A stretch of DNA of 64,000 nucleotides from the human T2T-CHM13v2.0 reference genome, Homo sapiens: the NCBI RefSeq assembly GCF_009914755.1, contig NC_060927.1; one strand, given 5' to 3'. The notes below the pieces were generated by a model. It searched no databases and was not told the DNA's origin. It saw only the letters and a program-made list of their open reading frames with translations. Below are positions 46,105 through 61,994 of this stretch, piece after piece. Both the position numbers and the translations under genes were made by a program. The stretch's first letter is position 1; each line of letters starts with the position of its first letter.

Positions 46105-47913
46105 AAAGGTTTGAAACCCTGGTCTGGATATCTAGCTTATTGTGTGTGGTCAATAGAAGATTTTTAATAAATGAAAAATGTTTTACTCACCTTTTCACTG
46201 CTTTGCTAGAAAAGACAACTTGGAGTTTCCAAGAGAACAGTCTGTGCCCTGGCTATATTTCAGAAATGTTCATTCTATTCAGTCCAGCTGCAGGGAAAAG
46301 GATTGTTGCTGGAAGAAAGGGCCTACTTTACACAGCTGTATCTAGGGAAGGCTGAGGGTTGCTCCCCATGGCCCTCTGGTTCTCCCCCTGACTGTTTTAT
46401 GGTCAGGCCCATGTGCAGCTGCTGGGATCCCTAATGATGCCTGATATATGGGGAGCTTAAGTGGCTACATTTAAGGCTTAGATATTAGCAGGGGACTCTT
46501 GCACTGTCTGAAGACGAGCAGTTGATGTATTCCGTGTGCTGTAGTCTGCCAGCCCATTAGAATTTAATTAGGCACATTCTTTCCTGACAGCCTTATGGTG
46601 CTCAGGAGCAAGATGCTTTTGGCTTTGTGGCTGCATTTGGAACTCATTCTTTCTCCTTTTTTTCTGGAAGCTCTCAGCATCTCCTCTGCCTTCAGAGAAC
46701 CTGTGGTGGTGTGTATCAGAATCACTCCTGGAGATTTTGAGTCAGTTGGTCTGGGACAGCTATCTTCCTTTTAATAATCCTCCACAGGTGACTCTGAATT
46801 GCTCTGAGGCCTGAGACATGCTGACCTCTGTAGGTTAATGATCCTCAAGCCAACACCTCCACTCCAGACCTCCCGAGCTTCAGACATACGCAACCTTCTG
46901 TCTTTTGGGCAGCTCCACCTGGAATGTCTACGAGGCGCCTCAAGCTCCAAGTAGATGTCCTATAAGTTTTGGAGTCCCTCACCTGCTCTGTATTCAGTTC
47001 ATTCTATTTATTTATTCTTTCTTCCAAAATATCTCTTCATTCTCTCACCTCCTAAGGAAAATTCTGCCTTTTGTAAACAAGGTCTAGTTGTCACTGGATG
47101 GAGAAGCTGTTTCTCTGATTCACCTGATTTCCCTTTTACTTGAGAATTTCTCCCTAACCATTGCTCCCATCTCGTAAATAACTTATAATAACTTCGGTAG
47201 GGGCCTGTGATTTCCCCCGCATGCATGCATGCTTCTTCCCTTAGTTTCCTCTAGTACAGCTGAGACAAGGCTGGAAAACCTGACTGGATTTGTCCCACTG
47301 GAGACTCAGTGACAGGTGAAGGGAGATCAACACAGGGTGTACTGTGACCCAGGATACCTGGCATTCAGCACCTTTCCCTTTGAAGCCTGAAGGGCCTGCC
47401 TCACCTGAACTCCCCCTAGCATCCCTATGGCAAGTACTATCTTGGCACTTGCCAAGTTGAGTGTGTGCCCAGAACAGGTCTTTACCCAGAACAGCTGGAG
47501 CAAGGTCCTCTCCCTGCTTCCCCGCTTCATTTCTGCTTCTTGTCAGAGCATCCATCTGGTTCTCAAATGGCTGGTGTTGGATATAACCACTCCCTTCAGA
47601 GGAGACCATGCCTATTCCAGGGCCAGGGTTGCATAAGGTTCAGCACTGCAACCAAACCAAAATATGACATAGTGACCCCGATTTTAATGATGAACTCACA
47701 TTACACCCCCTGGCCATGCCATTGCCGCTGCCTTAGTTCCAGGCTTCAGTAGCTCTTGCCAACCAGTAGCAGAAGGCTCCCCTCCCATCTTTGACCACAT
47801 CCAGTCTTCCCACAGTAGCTGGACCCACAATCCTAAAACTACAGAATATCACCATTTAGCAGTTCTCAAACTATTTGGTCTTAGGATTCTTTTACGCTAT
47901 AAAAAATTACTGA

Positions 47914-48159
<246 letters not shown>

Positions 48160-48563
48160 ACAGAAAACCCCAAAGATATTTTGTTTATGTGACTTATATC
48201 TGTCCGTATTTACTATATAAATTAAAACACAGAAATTTAACAAATATTAACTTACTAATTCATTTAAAAATAGCAATAATAAACTCATTACATGTCAACA
48301 TAAATAACACGTTTTAACTAAAAAGTAATCGTATTTCCTAAAACAAGAAACAAAATTGCTTACAAGAGTGACATCGTTTTATGTCTTTGCAAAACTTTTT
48401 AATGCTTGAATCAATAGATTAAGCCAGTGACTCATCACTGTTCCTGCATCCAATCAGTTGTGCCACGTTGTTTTGGCCAAAGAGTGTGAGAAAAATCTGG
48501 CCTTATATAGACGTGTAGTTGAAAAGGAGAGGAGTATTTTAATAGTCTTCTTGACAATTATGG

Positions 48564-48815
48564 GTTTTTTGTGTTTTGTTTTGTTTTGAGATGGAGTCTC
48601 ACTGTGTTGCCCAGGCTGGAGTGCAGTGGCACGATCTTGGCTCACTGCAACCTCTGCCTCCCGGTCAAGTGATTTCCAGCTAATTTTTGTATTTTTAGTA
48701 GAGATGGTGTTTCACCCTGTTGGCCAGGCTGGTCTCAAACTCCTGACCTCAAGTGATCCACTTGCCTCAGTCTCCCAAAGTGCTGTGATTATAGGTGTGA
48801 GCCACCTCGTCGGGC
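48564..48815 (-). mobile_element. Alu with internal deletion
   Basis: CAAGTGATT joins TCCAGCTAATTTTT; CTCCTGCCTCAGCC...ATTACAGG missing. Confidence 0.88.
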
Positions 48816-50659
48816 TGAGTGGTTCTTTTTTTTTTTTTTGGATTCTATACCCAAACTCAAGAAGTGATAGTTTCTTAAAGGTTTATTACAATATGGAATC
48901 TGAAACTATATCAATAAACTTCTTGTACTATCTCACATTAAAATCCATCCATTTCTCCTGTACTTTGAACGTGTCTTTTGCTTGCGCGTGGTTGCCTAAT
49001 ATTAGATGTGGATAATTTGAAAAATATTGGTTCCCTGTGTGATATACATTTTCTAAATGTTGACGTTTTTACTATCCAATATTTAGATAGCACAATTCGT
49101 TAGTATTACCATTGGAATATCATTGGAAAACTCCTTAAGTATTATTGGGAAGCTGTCAAGCTCACAGTGGTAAACACAAGTTTTCCAAAATTCTGATTCT
49201 CACTGGAAAGCTCGGATTTTATTATTGGCAACAAATACCATCAGTTGTTTTCCTGGAAGAAACAGTCTCAGGAGATCCATTTTTGAGAAAACAGCTGCCA
49301 AAACCCCAATCTGAATATCCTTAATTTGTCTGCCAGTCGTTTCTCTTAAGTAAAAATGTATCTTCTGAAAAAAAGTGATTAGTTCACTTAACCGAAGCAC
49401 TCACACAAGTCATTTTTCCTTGAGACAATCATTGTACATCGATGTGTGGCAGAAGTGGTACTTCTAGTGGTACTTACCAGTCCACACAGAATGTTAAAAC
49501 AAGGTGTTACGCAAGGGTTGACATTTCATAACGTAATAACTTCTACTCTTTGATCATAGAGAAGCTTACGTGTGGCTTTTTAAATAATTTACTTTTTGCC
49601 ATGAGTGTGTGGTAGTGGAGAATACGACAGCTGTCAGTACAGTGTAGTGTCACTATCTTGATCTGTGCTGAGGGGACAGCAGTTTTACCCCCTGTTGCTT
49701 ATGCACCATTATTACAAACGTCAGCATAGGGAGAAAAGGCAAATAATGACTTCATCTCATTATGAAAATTTGACCTCATGGAACCTCCACCACAGGGTCC
49801 TCTTGGGAATCCCAGGGATCCAGAGTGCACATTTTGAGAACTTTCCATGTTTCCCCACTTCCAATAGGCTAAAAAAAGGCTAGACCGGTGGTGGCATTTC
49901 ATGAACCCCAATCTTCTTCCTATTCTTCTGCCGGCACTGTCCATAAAAATGTGATATGTAAGGAGGAATAGCTGGGAGCCTGAGTCCTGTCTGTGGGGGA
50001 GAGAACTTCAGGTGTTGCCAGCAAGCCCAGCTGTAATTGAAACATCTCAGGGAGGCTGCTGGGGGGCGGGGGTTGACATCAGCCAGGTGGCACTCAGCCC
50101 CGGGGCACTCAAGGCTTCAGCAGTTTTGTGGAAAGTCTGGTGTGTGCTTTGCTGGAATCCTGAGGCTGTGGGAGTTGCCAGTTCCAGCAATGACCTCATT
50201 ACAACTGAGTGATTGAATAAGGCAGGGACCTTTCAAGGAGATCAGCAGGTTAGAATGACTGTCAATTAAAACGCAGAGCAGCATCTGCAGCAGGTGGGAA
50301 AGGAGTGTGATTTGGCTTTTGCAGAAGGGGAAATGGCATTTACAGAGGTAAAGTGAATAGGCGACAGTCGTGGAGGGAACTGGCTTCTAAGATCTAGATT
50401 CAGAGACTTTTAGGGCTAAAAGAGAACTTAGACGTCAGCCGGACAAATTGAGTTGGAAGGAGTGGGAAGATTGCTCAGGACTCCAGCAGAGCTGCTTCGG
50501 CACGTAAGTCAGCCAGACAGCCCAGCCGGTTCCTGTCCCACCTCACCAAGGTGGCACTGTACCCCTCTTTCTCCCATCTCCCAGCGGGACAGCGTCCTAT
50601 AAAGGAGGCCAACTGCTCCATGTATCTTTGGTCTGGTGACGTTTTCAGAGTGAGGTTGG

Positions 50660-51065
50660 CCAGAAGACTCCCAAGTCATAGAGAATTAATCAGGCGGGAC
50701 ACAGAGTTTTTAATCCCCATTTTACAGATGCAGAGAATGAGCCCCAGAGAGAATACGTGACTTGCCAAGATCACATTAGTAAGTGGCAGAGGACGAACTT
50801 GAACTCAGGTCTTGAGGCTTATAGTTCCACTGACATGCGATGGTGTAGAGAGGAGAGTTCAGGGTCTGAAGACAGAAAAGCAGGATTTTTAGTGCCTTTG
50901 ATATTTAATAGCTGGGTGACTTTTGGTCAAGCCATTTTATTTCTCTGAATCTCGGTGTCCTCATTTACAAAATGAGCATAATATACATCGTCTATCCTAA
51001 GCTCATTCACAGGGTTGTTTTAGAGCGTCAAATTACATGGTTTTTATAAATATGCCTTATATACT
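50660..51065. mobile_element. Two MIR fragments in opposite orientation
   Basis: CCCATTTTACAGATGCAGAGAATGAG and TCTCTGAATCTCGGTGTCCTCATTTACAAAATG cores. Confidence 0.7.
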
Positions 51066-51808
51066 GTGAATCTCTTTAACAAGTTTGAGAGGGCTCCCAT
51101 GCCCAGATAATTAACCATGCCAGCCCTATCAAGTGGGGCCATTCTTTTGCCCACAAGGATGATATAGACCCCTGGACTGGCATTGCCTTCCTTAACTAAG
51201 GCCCTAAGAATCCCAGCGTTTGGAAAATGTGAATCAAGAGATCCCAGAGGCTGCAAGCAGGGCCTGGTAATGGATGGGAATGGACACTGTTATTTATACC
51301 AGCTCCCTTCACTTTTCAGGAGATCTGGGGGGATGGGGACGGCTCTGGTTGTGATGTTCCCAGTGTGGCTTTGGTGCAAGGCTCCACAGTTCTTTGTCCC
51401 CCGGCTTTTGCACCACTCCGAGCTGTGACACTCTGACTGCTGTTCAAGCAGCACTGTTGTGCACTATCCTGCCTGGCAAAGTGGTCAGACGCATGTTTTC
51501 AGGGGCCCTCCCTCTAAGGAAGGAAACTGAGGTGCTGGTATTTGAATGTGGTTCTCAGATACTTGCAAAGAGCATTCTAATGGCTGCTTCACTCTCTTTT
51601 CTCCAAGGTAGCCTCTTATGGAGAGGCCATCTAGGTACAGCAGTTAGGAGCCTGAGCTCCAAAGCCAGATGGCTTGAGCTGGAATCCTTCCTTCTACTTC
51701 TGTCTGTGCCCCCTATTTCTTACCCTTAAAGTGGGGTTGAACACAGCACCTACCTGATAGCATTCTTGTGGCAAATCAATGAATTTGAATGCATATGAAA
51801 ACAGGACC

Positions 51809-52107
51809 GGCCAGGTGCAGTGGCTCACGCCTGTAATCCCAGCACTTTGGGAGGCCAAGGCGGGTGGATCACCTGAGGTCAGGAGTTCGAGACCAGCCGG
51901 GCCAACATAGTGAACCCTTGTCTCTACTAAAAATACAAAAATTAGCCTGGAGTGGTGGTGTGCACCTGTAATCCCAGCTACTCGGGAGGCTGAGGCACGA
52001 ACATCACTTGAACCTGGGAGGTGGAGGTTGCGGGGAGCCGAGATCGAGCCACTGCACTGCAGCTAGGGTGACAAAGCGAGACTCCATCTCAAAAAAAAAA
52101 AAAAAAG
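51809..52107 (+). mobile_element. Alu (AluSx-like)
   Basis: Full Alu, A17 tail. Confidence 0.94.
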
Positions 52108-52170
52108 AAGGAAGCCAGACCACACACCATCAGCGTCTTCACAGGCCCCTTGGGATATCATTCATGATAA

Positions 52171-52468
<298 letters not shown>

Positions 52469-52619
52469 CAGGAAGGACCTGTTTCTAAGACCCACTTTAG
52501 AGGAGGGGAGACTCCTCTGGGCTGTGGGGGTAGGAGTTGGACCATAAGCCAGGGCATCTTGGCTTCTCAGGAAAGAACATGGGAGAGAGTTAATGTGTTG
52601 CCCATGCAGTCTTCCTTGA

Positions 52620-52984
<365 letters not shown>

Positions 52985-53803
52985 CTGGATTTATATTTTT
53001 GACATATGTAGTGAGTTGCTTGAATGAATTATGCTTCGCTTGAGTCTTAATCATGTAGTAAAATTGACTTCCTCTTTGAGGTGATGTCAAAGAGTGTAGG
53101 ATGAAGACGGGGAGCGTTCCAGTGCTACTCTGTTTGGGAAGGAGAGGAAGAAATGCTATTTTCAAAACTAGAAAGTCTTCTAAGTTGGCATGATCTAAGT
53201 GTATGTTCTCATCTTCTCCGTGCCTCTAGGCTTAGAAGCAAACCAAAATAAAGATGTTATCGCCAGTTCTTTGTTGCCCTTTCAAAAATATCACTGGCTG
53301 GGTTTGGGATGATATCATGAAGCCTCTTAGATCTTAATTTTGTTTTCTTTTTGCTTAGTTTTTTTTTCATTAAAAAGATGATTAAGGAAACATCCTCTAT
53401 ATGATAGGTCTATATAAGATTCCCTTTCAGTAAGGCTTTTGTACCAATTTAAAACATTTAGTAGAAGCCAATAGCAGTGGATGTATGGGGCTGAAATTGA
53501 TCTAATGCTGTGCTATTTAATTTGATTATAGGTTAGATCTCATTACTGAAGGTTCAGCTTTGGCCTAGATTTCTTAGAACAGAAAAGATTTTGGACTCCA
53601 GACACTGGCCCACTCATATGAAGCAGTGTGCAATTCCGTGTTATTAAAGTGCAGGACCGCAAGAACACGGAGGCGTTTGTTATTTCAAATCCATTTAGGA
53701 ATAAGGCGAGGGAAAAGGAAGGAAAGAGGAACGGAGGAAAGAAGAAAGGAGGAAAAGTTGGAAGAAAGGAAGGAAGGAGAGATTCTAGTGAATTTCTGTA
53801 GAA

Positions 53804-54124
53804 TTTTTTTTTTCTTTTAAATTTTATTTTTATTTTTTTTGGAGACGGAGTCTCGCTCTGTATCCCAGGCTGGAGTGCAGTGGCGCGATCTTGGCTCATT
53901 GCAAGCTCGATCTCGGCTCGTTGCAAGCTCCGCCTCCCGGGTTCCCTCCCGGGTTCACGCCATTCTCCTGCCTCAGCCTCCCGAGTAGCTGGGACTACAG
54001 GCGCCCAGTAGAGATGGGGTTTCACCGTGTTGGCCAGGATGGTCTTGATCTCCTGACCTTGTGATCCACCCACCTCAGCCTCCCCAAGTGCTGGGATTAC
54101 AGGCGTGAGCCACCGCGCCCGGCC
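53804..54124 (-). mobile_element. AluY with internal duplications and linker deletion
   Basis: GCAAGCTCCGCCTCCCGGGTTC..ACGCCATTCTCC diagnostic. Confidence 0.92.
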
Positions 54125-54434
54125 AGAATTTATTTCTAAGGGCTTAACATACTGAACACTTTCTAGTATTCTCTGAAGGGAAGATTCTGGAAAATAAAAT
54201 TAAGAAATGCTTCACTGAAACAAAGCCTCTTCAGGAATTCATCATGAATTTTCCTACCATCAATTTCCCCTTCTTTCTCTTGAGACAGTCTGTCACCTCA
54301 TTGGCCCACACTTTGGTCCTGCAAATCCTGCTCCAAGGTCTCAAAGAAAAGTTTCAATTGAGCGATTGGCTCTCAGAGTTCTTACACTACACGCTTAGGT
54401 TTCTTTATTTTTTTTTTTAAATTGATGCATAATA

Positions 54435-55173
<739 letters not shown>

Positions 55174-56290
55174 AAATTGATGCATAATAGGTATACATAT
55201 TTTTGGGATACCTTTGATAATTTGGTATGTTGACATAGTGTGTAAACATCAAATCCGGGTGATTCAGATATCCACCACCTTAAATATTTGCCTTTTCTTT
55301 ATGCTATAATCATTCAAATTATTCCTATCTAACTGTTTTGGAATGTACAATAGATTATTGTAAACTATAGTCATCCTGCTGATCTATCCAACACTAGGTC
55401 TTATTTCTTCGATCTAATTGTATATTTGACCGGTTAATCAACCTCTCTCCGTCCTCTCAGGGCTTTCTTTAAACATAGATCAAAGAAAAAAAATTTGAAT
55501 TGGGGGCTAACCCCTCTGTTTTTCTACGAAACCAGAAACCTTACGCTGTCTTCACACTTTCGCAACTTCCTTTTATTGGCATAATTTGAGCAAGTGTGTG
55601 TGTGAATGTGACTCTTGCCAGTTAGTTTTGCACCACTGGAGAGATGTGAAAGTATTTGCTCTTGCTGAGATGCAACGAGGGGTCGGGTCAGTGCTAACTT
55701 GACTACTCATTTCTATTTGACCTTGCAGAGAAGGTTCTTTCAAGAGCACTTAAAAACAATAGCCTTGCTGGGACAAAGTGAAAAACACTGTGAGAGCCTA
55801 GAATGTGTACACTGGAGAAAGACACAACAGGACACGAGAGCTGTCCCAGATATCCGAAGGGGGCTACCTGGGGAAGGAAGCAGATTCATTCTGTGCAGCC
55901 CAAAGAGGTGGAACTGGGCTGGGAGGGAGGATGTGGGTCTAAGCAAAGTGCCCCACGGACGCCGCTGTCTAAGAGCAGTGCTGTTAGCTCCCCATGGGTG
56001 GGGTTGTTGCAGCCGAGGCTGGGGGGCTAGTTGGCAGCCATGCTGCAGGAGGGGACACCAGCCTTGGGGGAGAGCCGTCTGTTAGCTCCTCACTTCTCGG
56101 GTCTTGCCCAACCCTGCCTTCATAAACACTAGAAGAATCCTCCTTGTGAGTGGGATGATATGCCCAGGAATGTTGTGGTAGGGCTAGGAGAGGACAGGGA
56201 GAGTCAGCTGCCTTGCCAAGAGCCCAGGACGGGAGGTCCTGGGCCAGGTGGATAGCACCTCCCTCAGCCTCAGAACTCAGAGGCTGGCTC

Positions 56291-56477
56291 AGAGCCAACA
56301 CCATTCTGCCCAGTTGTCAATGAAGACTTTCACTCTTAAGAGGGTGAAGGGCAAAACCTAAAGGATTTTTCCAACAGTTGTACTCTGATTGCGGAAACCA
56401 AAGGAAAGAGTCATGGGTTCTGACGAAAGGTTAGAAAAGCTTTTGGGAGGAGAAGGCATTGAACCTTGATGAGTGGG
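56291..56477 (+). repeat. Copy 1 of a ~190-bp dispersed direct repeat
   Basis: Matches 58667-58683 plus 59005-59193. Confidence 0.9.
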
Positions 56478-57708
56478 AAGTTTAACTTCTGGGAAAGTTA
56501 AACTGAAATTCATCTGAGCCGCATTATGCTCTTGGCTGTCCTTCCTTTTACCCTATTCAAACCAATGTAGTCAGCTTACCTCCCGTCTTGGGCAGGGCCT
56601 GGGGTGGGAGTAGAGCTGGGGTGAGGTGGGACCACAGTGAATCAGACCCAGCCCCTGCCCACCAGGACCTGTAGTCTGGTCACTGATAATCCAGTAGAAG
56701 GCAGTAAATTGTGAGTGCCATAGAAAAGGTACCTTGTGGGGGGCTCGCAGGACAGACCATCACACCTGGCTGGGGATCAGGAATGCTTCATGGGGCAGTT
56801 CCTCTTTGAGATGTGTGCTGAGGGATGGGCAGGGCTTTTGAGTGAAGGAAGGAGGGTAGATGTGAGTCTCTATTATAATTCTCCGGCAAAAATATTCTGG
56901 TTTCTCTCTCTTAGTGGGTAGATTGGTAGGAAGATAAGGTTGGTTTTGGTAGGCTTTTTCTCTTTCAGGTATCCGATACCCACTCCTCACCTTAAAAGAT
57001 ATCTGTGTCTGTTAACTGTCCTTCTTAGGTCCAGAATCAAACTCATCTGTCAATGGGCTCCATGGATAGGGACCAGCAGGGGAGTTAATGGCCCTGGAGA
57101 CAGAAGGGGCAGGAGGTCAGGAGTCAGGGCTTCGGGAGCAGCCAAGGGGCATTGGGAGGAAAGAGACTGCAGAGAGACTGAAAGGTAACTCATTACGTGA
57201 CAAAGACTTACTGTTATTACTGATAATTTGCAGCAGGCACTGTGTTGGGAACTGGGTATCCTAAGATGAGGATAGCAGGGCGTCTGCCCCAGGGACCCCC
57301 CGCACGGAGGTGGCTGTGTCGGCAACAGTGGTGTCACAGTAGGTAAGTGCAGCGAGCAAAACAGGCCACAGAAGTGCGCACTGGTCCACGGTGACCCCAA
57401 GGAGGACATGATCCCCCTTGTCTGGGAGGTAAGGACAGCAGGCAGCCCACCTGCAGCTGGGAGTGGTGATGGGAGAAGCTGCCGGGCTGGCTTCTTGCAG
57501 GTCGGCTCTTAGAGTTGGGCCTTTTTGGCCAATTAAATGGTCTCACCTCTCCCTTAAATTCAAGAACTTTCTCCATGAATTCTCAGTCCTGTGCTCACCC
57601 AGCCTCTGCTGCCTCTTTTGCTGTTGGGTGGCTGTGGTCGCCACAGGTTCTGCTGCATTTTAGAGACCGAGTCAGCCTTCTGGACTTCCCACCTGCTGGG
57701 TAAAACTC

Positions 57709-58010
57709 AAGTAACATGTGAGAGCCGCGCTCCTCAGGCCCCACCCCCTGTGGGTGATTGATTTCTAAGTAGGGGAAGCCCGCCCTCCTCAGGTCCCACC
57801 CCTTGTAGATGATTGATTTCTAAAGTAACAAGTGAGAGCCAAGCTCCTCAGGCCCCACCCCTTCTGGATGATTGATTTCTAAGCAGGGGAAGCCCGCTCT
57901 CCTCAGGCCCCACCCCTTGTAGATGATTGATTTCTAAAGTAACAAGTGAGAGTTGCGCTCCTCAGGCCCCACCCCTTGTAGATGATGGATTTCTAAGCAG
58001 GGGAAGCGCG
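57709..58010. repeat. Minisatellite with alternating 55/59-bp units (114-bp higher order)
   Basis: Core CTCCTCAGGCCCCACCCCTTGTAGATGATTGATTTCTAA at 57730, 57785, 57844, 57899, 57958. Confidence 0.93.
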
Positions 58011-58567
58011 GCCGCCCCGGGTTAGACACGCGTCTGTTTGCTTGCAGATGTGCACACACTGTCTCCGGCTTCTTCTGTGGCTTGGTAGAAGCCCCAGCTT
58101 TTTAACTTATTAAGCACAGCTCTTCCCTCTGTAGGACTGCAGGCAGGACAGTCCTCTTCCCGGGCTCACCGCAACATTCAGTAGCTGCTTTGAAGGAACA
58201 GAATAAGGTTGCCACATGCCAGTCTGTCCTCCGATCACTTCAGGGTTCCACTCACCGTGGGTTCAAGGCTTCTTTGATTCTTTGTTTCCTTTAGTTTTCA
58301 TTCTCTCCTCTTCAGAACAAGAGTAGATGGTTCGGTGTATGCAAATATCACAGTTCCAGGTAACTTGAAGGAGCAGTTTGGATTTAGGTATTCATTCTTA
58401 CTTTTATAGGACTGTAGATATCTCTTTATGCAAATAAGACTTACTATTGTATTATAAGAGCAATAACCATGCACTGCTTCAAATGACATCATTTACATTT
58501 TTATTTTTGCAATAAGAATATATTTAGGCAACAGAATCAATGCTGCTTTTTGAGAGGTATTTTCTAA

Positions 58568-59002
<435 letters not shown>

Positions 59003-59004
59003 GC

Positions 59005-59193
59005 GCCAACACCATTCTGCCCAGTTGTCAATTAAGACTTTCACTCTTAAGCAGAGTGAAGGGTAAAACCTAAAGGATTTTTCTCACAGTTGTACTCTGA
59101 TTGTTTGTGGAAACCAAAGGAAAGAGTCATTGGTTCTGATGAAAGGTTAGAAAAGCTTTTGGGAGGAGATGGCATTGAACCCTGATGAGTGGG
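59005..59193 (+). repeat. Copy 2 of the ~190-bp dispersed direct repeat
   Basis: Matches 56294-56477. Confidence 0.9.
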
Positions 59194-61994
59194 TCATTTG
59201 GGTAAACTAAAAAGTGGTGGTGGGGAAAGGAGGAGGGACGTAAAGGGGGAGCAGACCCCTTGGCCCACTGCCCGTGTCCCCTTGGCTTTTCACTGGTGCA
59301 AGCTGAACTTGCATGCCGAAGAGTCCATGTCCCTCCCGCCCAGCAGAAACCCACACCTGTGACTGATGGGAGTGGTGGACAAATACCCACAACTTCCTCT
59401 CTCTACTCTTGGCTGAGGACAATTCTGAAGTGAGCCCTACACTGTCTCCCAGGTAGGATCAACTGTTAGTTGCTACAATGGGAACCTGCTGAAAAAAGTA
59501 CCCTTTATTGACTTCTTTTTGTTCCCCACTATCCTGCTGGTTTTTTCTGTCCCAAATATACTTGCACTTGAATCCTTGTCTAAGGGTCTGAGAATCCAAC
59601 CTAAGATAAAAGATGTTTCAGTAGCTGGAACAAAACATGTAAATGGAATGGGTTGGGTGTATTTGAAAGGCATGAATGCTCCAAGGGGGCTAGTGGCTTG
59701 GAAGTTTAGAAGGAGATGAGACTAGAATGATAGGAGTCATGATGTGAAGTATCTGAATCCTGAACAAAATAATCTAACTTTTTTGTAGACAATGGGAAAC
59801 CATGGGGCTGATGAGGGTGGTGAAAACTTTCTCCAAGGTCTGCAAGCATCCGCTTCTCTGGCTCAGGCTCATGGGGCTATTTGCTTCTCTTTCAGCCCCT
59901 CCATTCTGAATCACTTACTTGTTAGGGATTCTGCAGGATGCACCTATGGTCCACCAAGTTGGTGTCTGCTTTTGAGGAGAACACTGAATTTCTTCTGGAG
60001 CTTCTTGAGCTTCTTTGTGGAAAGAGCTAGGGTTTTTGGAAAAGGCCAGACTTTTGGAACAGTATAGGCTATTTTGGCATTAATTGGATTCTTCCTCATA
60101 GGCAGAAGAAGGTGAGTGGCTGGAACTAGTCATTCTAGTTCTTACAATCTCAGGAGGAATGTTTGATGCAAAGGAGTCAGACAGCTGTAAGAAGAGCTCA
60201 GCTCACTGAGTTTGGCATTCCTGGGGGCAAATAGGAAAAGACTTCCAGCCAGTGTTAGGGAGTCAGATGGCAGTTGCTGGTGACATTAGAGCTGTTCACC
60301 AGGGCTTCGCAGGAGGGAAAGCTGTCCATCAAACAACACCCTATCTACTGAGGGCCTCCTGGGCTTTGGAGAATGCCCCTCAGCCCTGGTGATTATCTGA
60401 GACAGTGGGGGGTGTCCAGGAAGTTTGCAATAAGGAGGCGCAAGAGGCTGTTCTTGTTCATCCAAAAGAAGTGGAAAGGAGACAGGGAAGTATGTCTGCT
60501 TTGTGGGGAAGGCCCTGGTGCTGGCTAACAGTAAGCAATGTGGTCTTGTAATGCTAGTGGGCAAAAAGCAAAGGGATGTCAGCAATCCAGCCTGTGTTTG
60601 TTGAATGCATTTGAGTCAGGTCCTAGGCTGGGCATTGAGCGAGGGAGTCAGGAGAAGGAGCAAGATAAGCCCAAGGAATTCATGGTCAGGGGTCATCAAG
60701 AAGGTATACGCACATCTAACTGTAATTCCAGATGCAGTCTGACCTGAGCCATGAAGAAGTGCAGAGTCCCCAAGAGGCCAGAGAGCTCACGTCTGGTTAG
60801 AGTCGGGGTGTTTGATGGGAAGATGAAAGGAGGAGCTGGCATCTGAGGTGAGCCTTGTGGGATGTGCAGGGTTTGGATATATGGAGAAGGGCGTCGGGAG
60901 ATGGGGAGTTTTATTCCCAGGGACATTATTGGGAGGGACTGAAGAATCACTCTGGGTCCAGCTCCTGGGAAGGGGTTCTTGGCTCACTGCCTGCCCTAAG
61001 GCCACCTTTCCCCTGTGTAAGTTCCCCCTCTAGTCTTTTAGTCCTGGCACTTGGGTCCAGGAGCAGGAGTCCTGGCTCATCTTAGCATTTAGGGAGGCCA
61101 CATCCCCTCTCTGGGGCACTGTTCCACCACTTAGAACACAAGGAAGTTGGGCTGGTCAAAGAGTATCTGTGTTAGGGAAGGGCTGTCTAGTTACATCCTC
61201 CACCTACCCTCGGTGAGAGGCACCGCTGGGCTTAGCCTGGTTTCTGACAGGAGCAGGGATGTCCCATCCCTCAAGGGTGTTCAGGTGTGTGTGGTAGGAA
61301 ATTCACTGGAATGGCATTCTCTCACATTTTAGAATTCTTTCAGAGTAACACTTACCCCATACATCTACTTCCCCCTCCCACACTTACCACCCCCAATGAA
61401 AACACAAAGCCAGTTTGCCCGCGATACATGATGTGCTGTGCCCAGCCGACTCCGAGGGAATGAGCCTGCTGCCAAGCTCCGTGCAGGCTTGCCTTGCGGG
61501 GAGAGCTGCCGGCTCATTAAATGCCTTCATCTGTGAGCCCATGAGTGCACACTCTGCGTGCCAAGGTGCAACGTGAGTCTAATGAAAGAATTATTAATGT
61601 GCACACCTCAAATGCAAATAGAATAAGGCCCCCACAAAAACACTCTCAGAAGTTAACCGGAATGCTTATGCACTGCCAGTAGAGGGGTGGCTCACCCTTT
61701 TTCTTGCCAGCCCATTCTGAATCTGGGCATTTCTCCTGGGAAGTTCTTCCTCAGATGGAGTGGAGGTCAGTCTTCCCGTGACTCTGACTTCAGGGGCCAG
61801 GTTACCTTGTGGCAAGCCCAAAGCCCTGCTCTTTCTCGTCTCCCAAATCCTGCTCTTTCATGCTCTTCTCTGACACTTCCTGTTAGTCACTTCTTGGAGT
61901 TCCTGGCTGGGTCGTCTCTGAAGGGCGTTCCTTGGCTCTGTCGCATCGTCTGCTCTGCAGTCTTTGGCTTGCCAGTACTGACCTCCTTAGGTCA

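Noticed and set aside
50425-50610. Possible promoter (GACGTCA, TATAAAG)
   Set aside because: Short motifs expected by chance; no CpG island or downstream exon evident
57709-58010. CRISPR-like look of constant cores with spacers
   Set aside because: The spacers are only two alternating sequences, the context is primate DNA, and there are no cas genes
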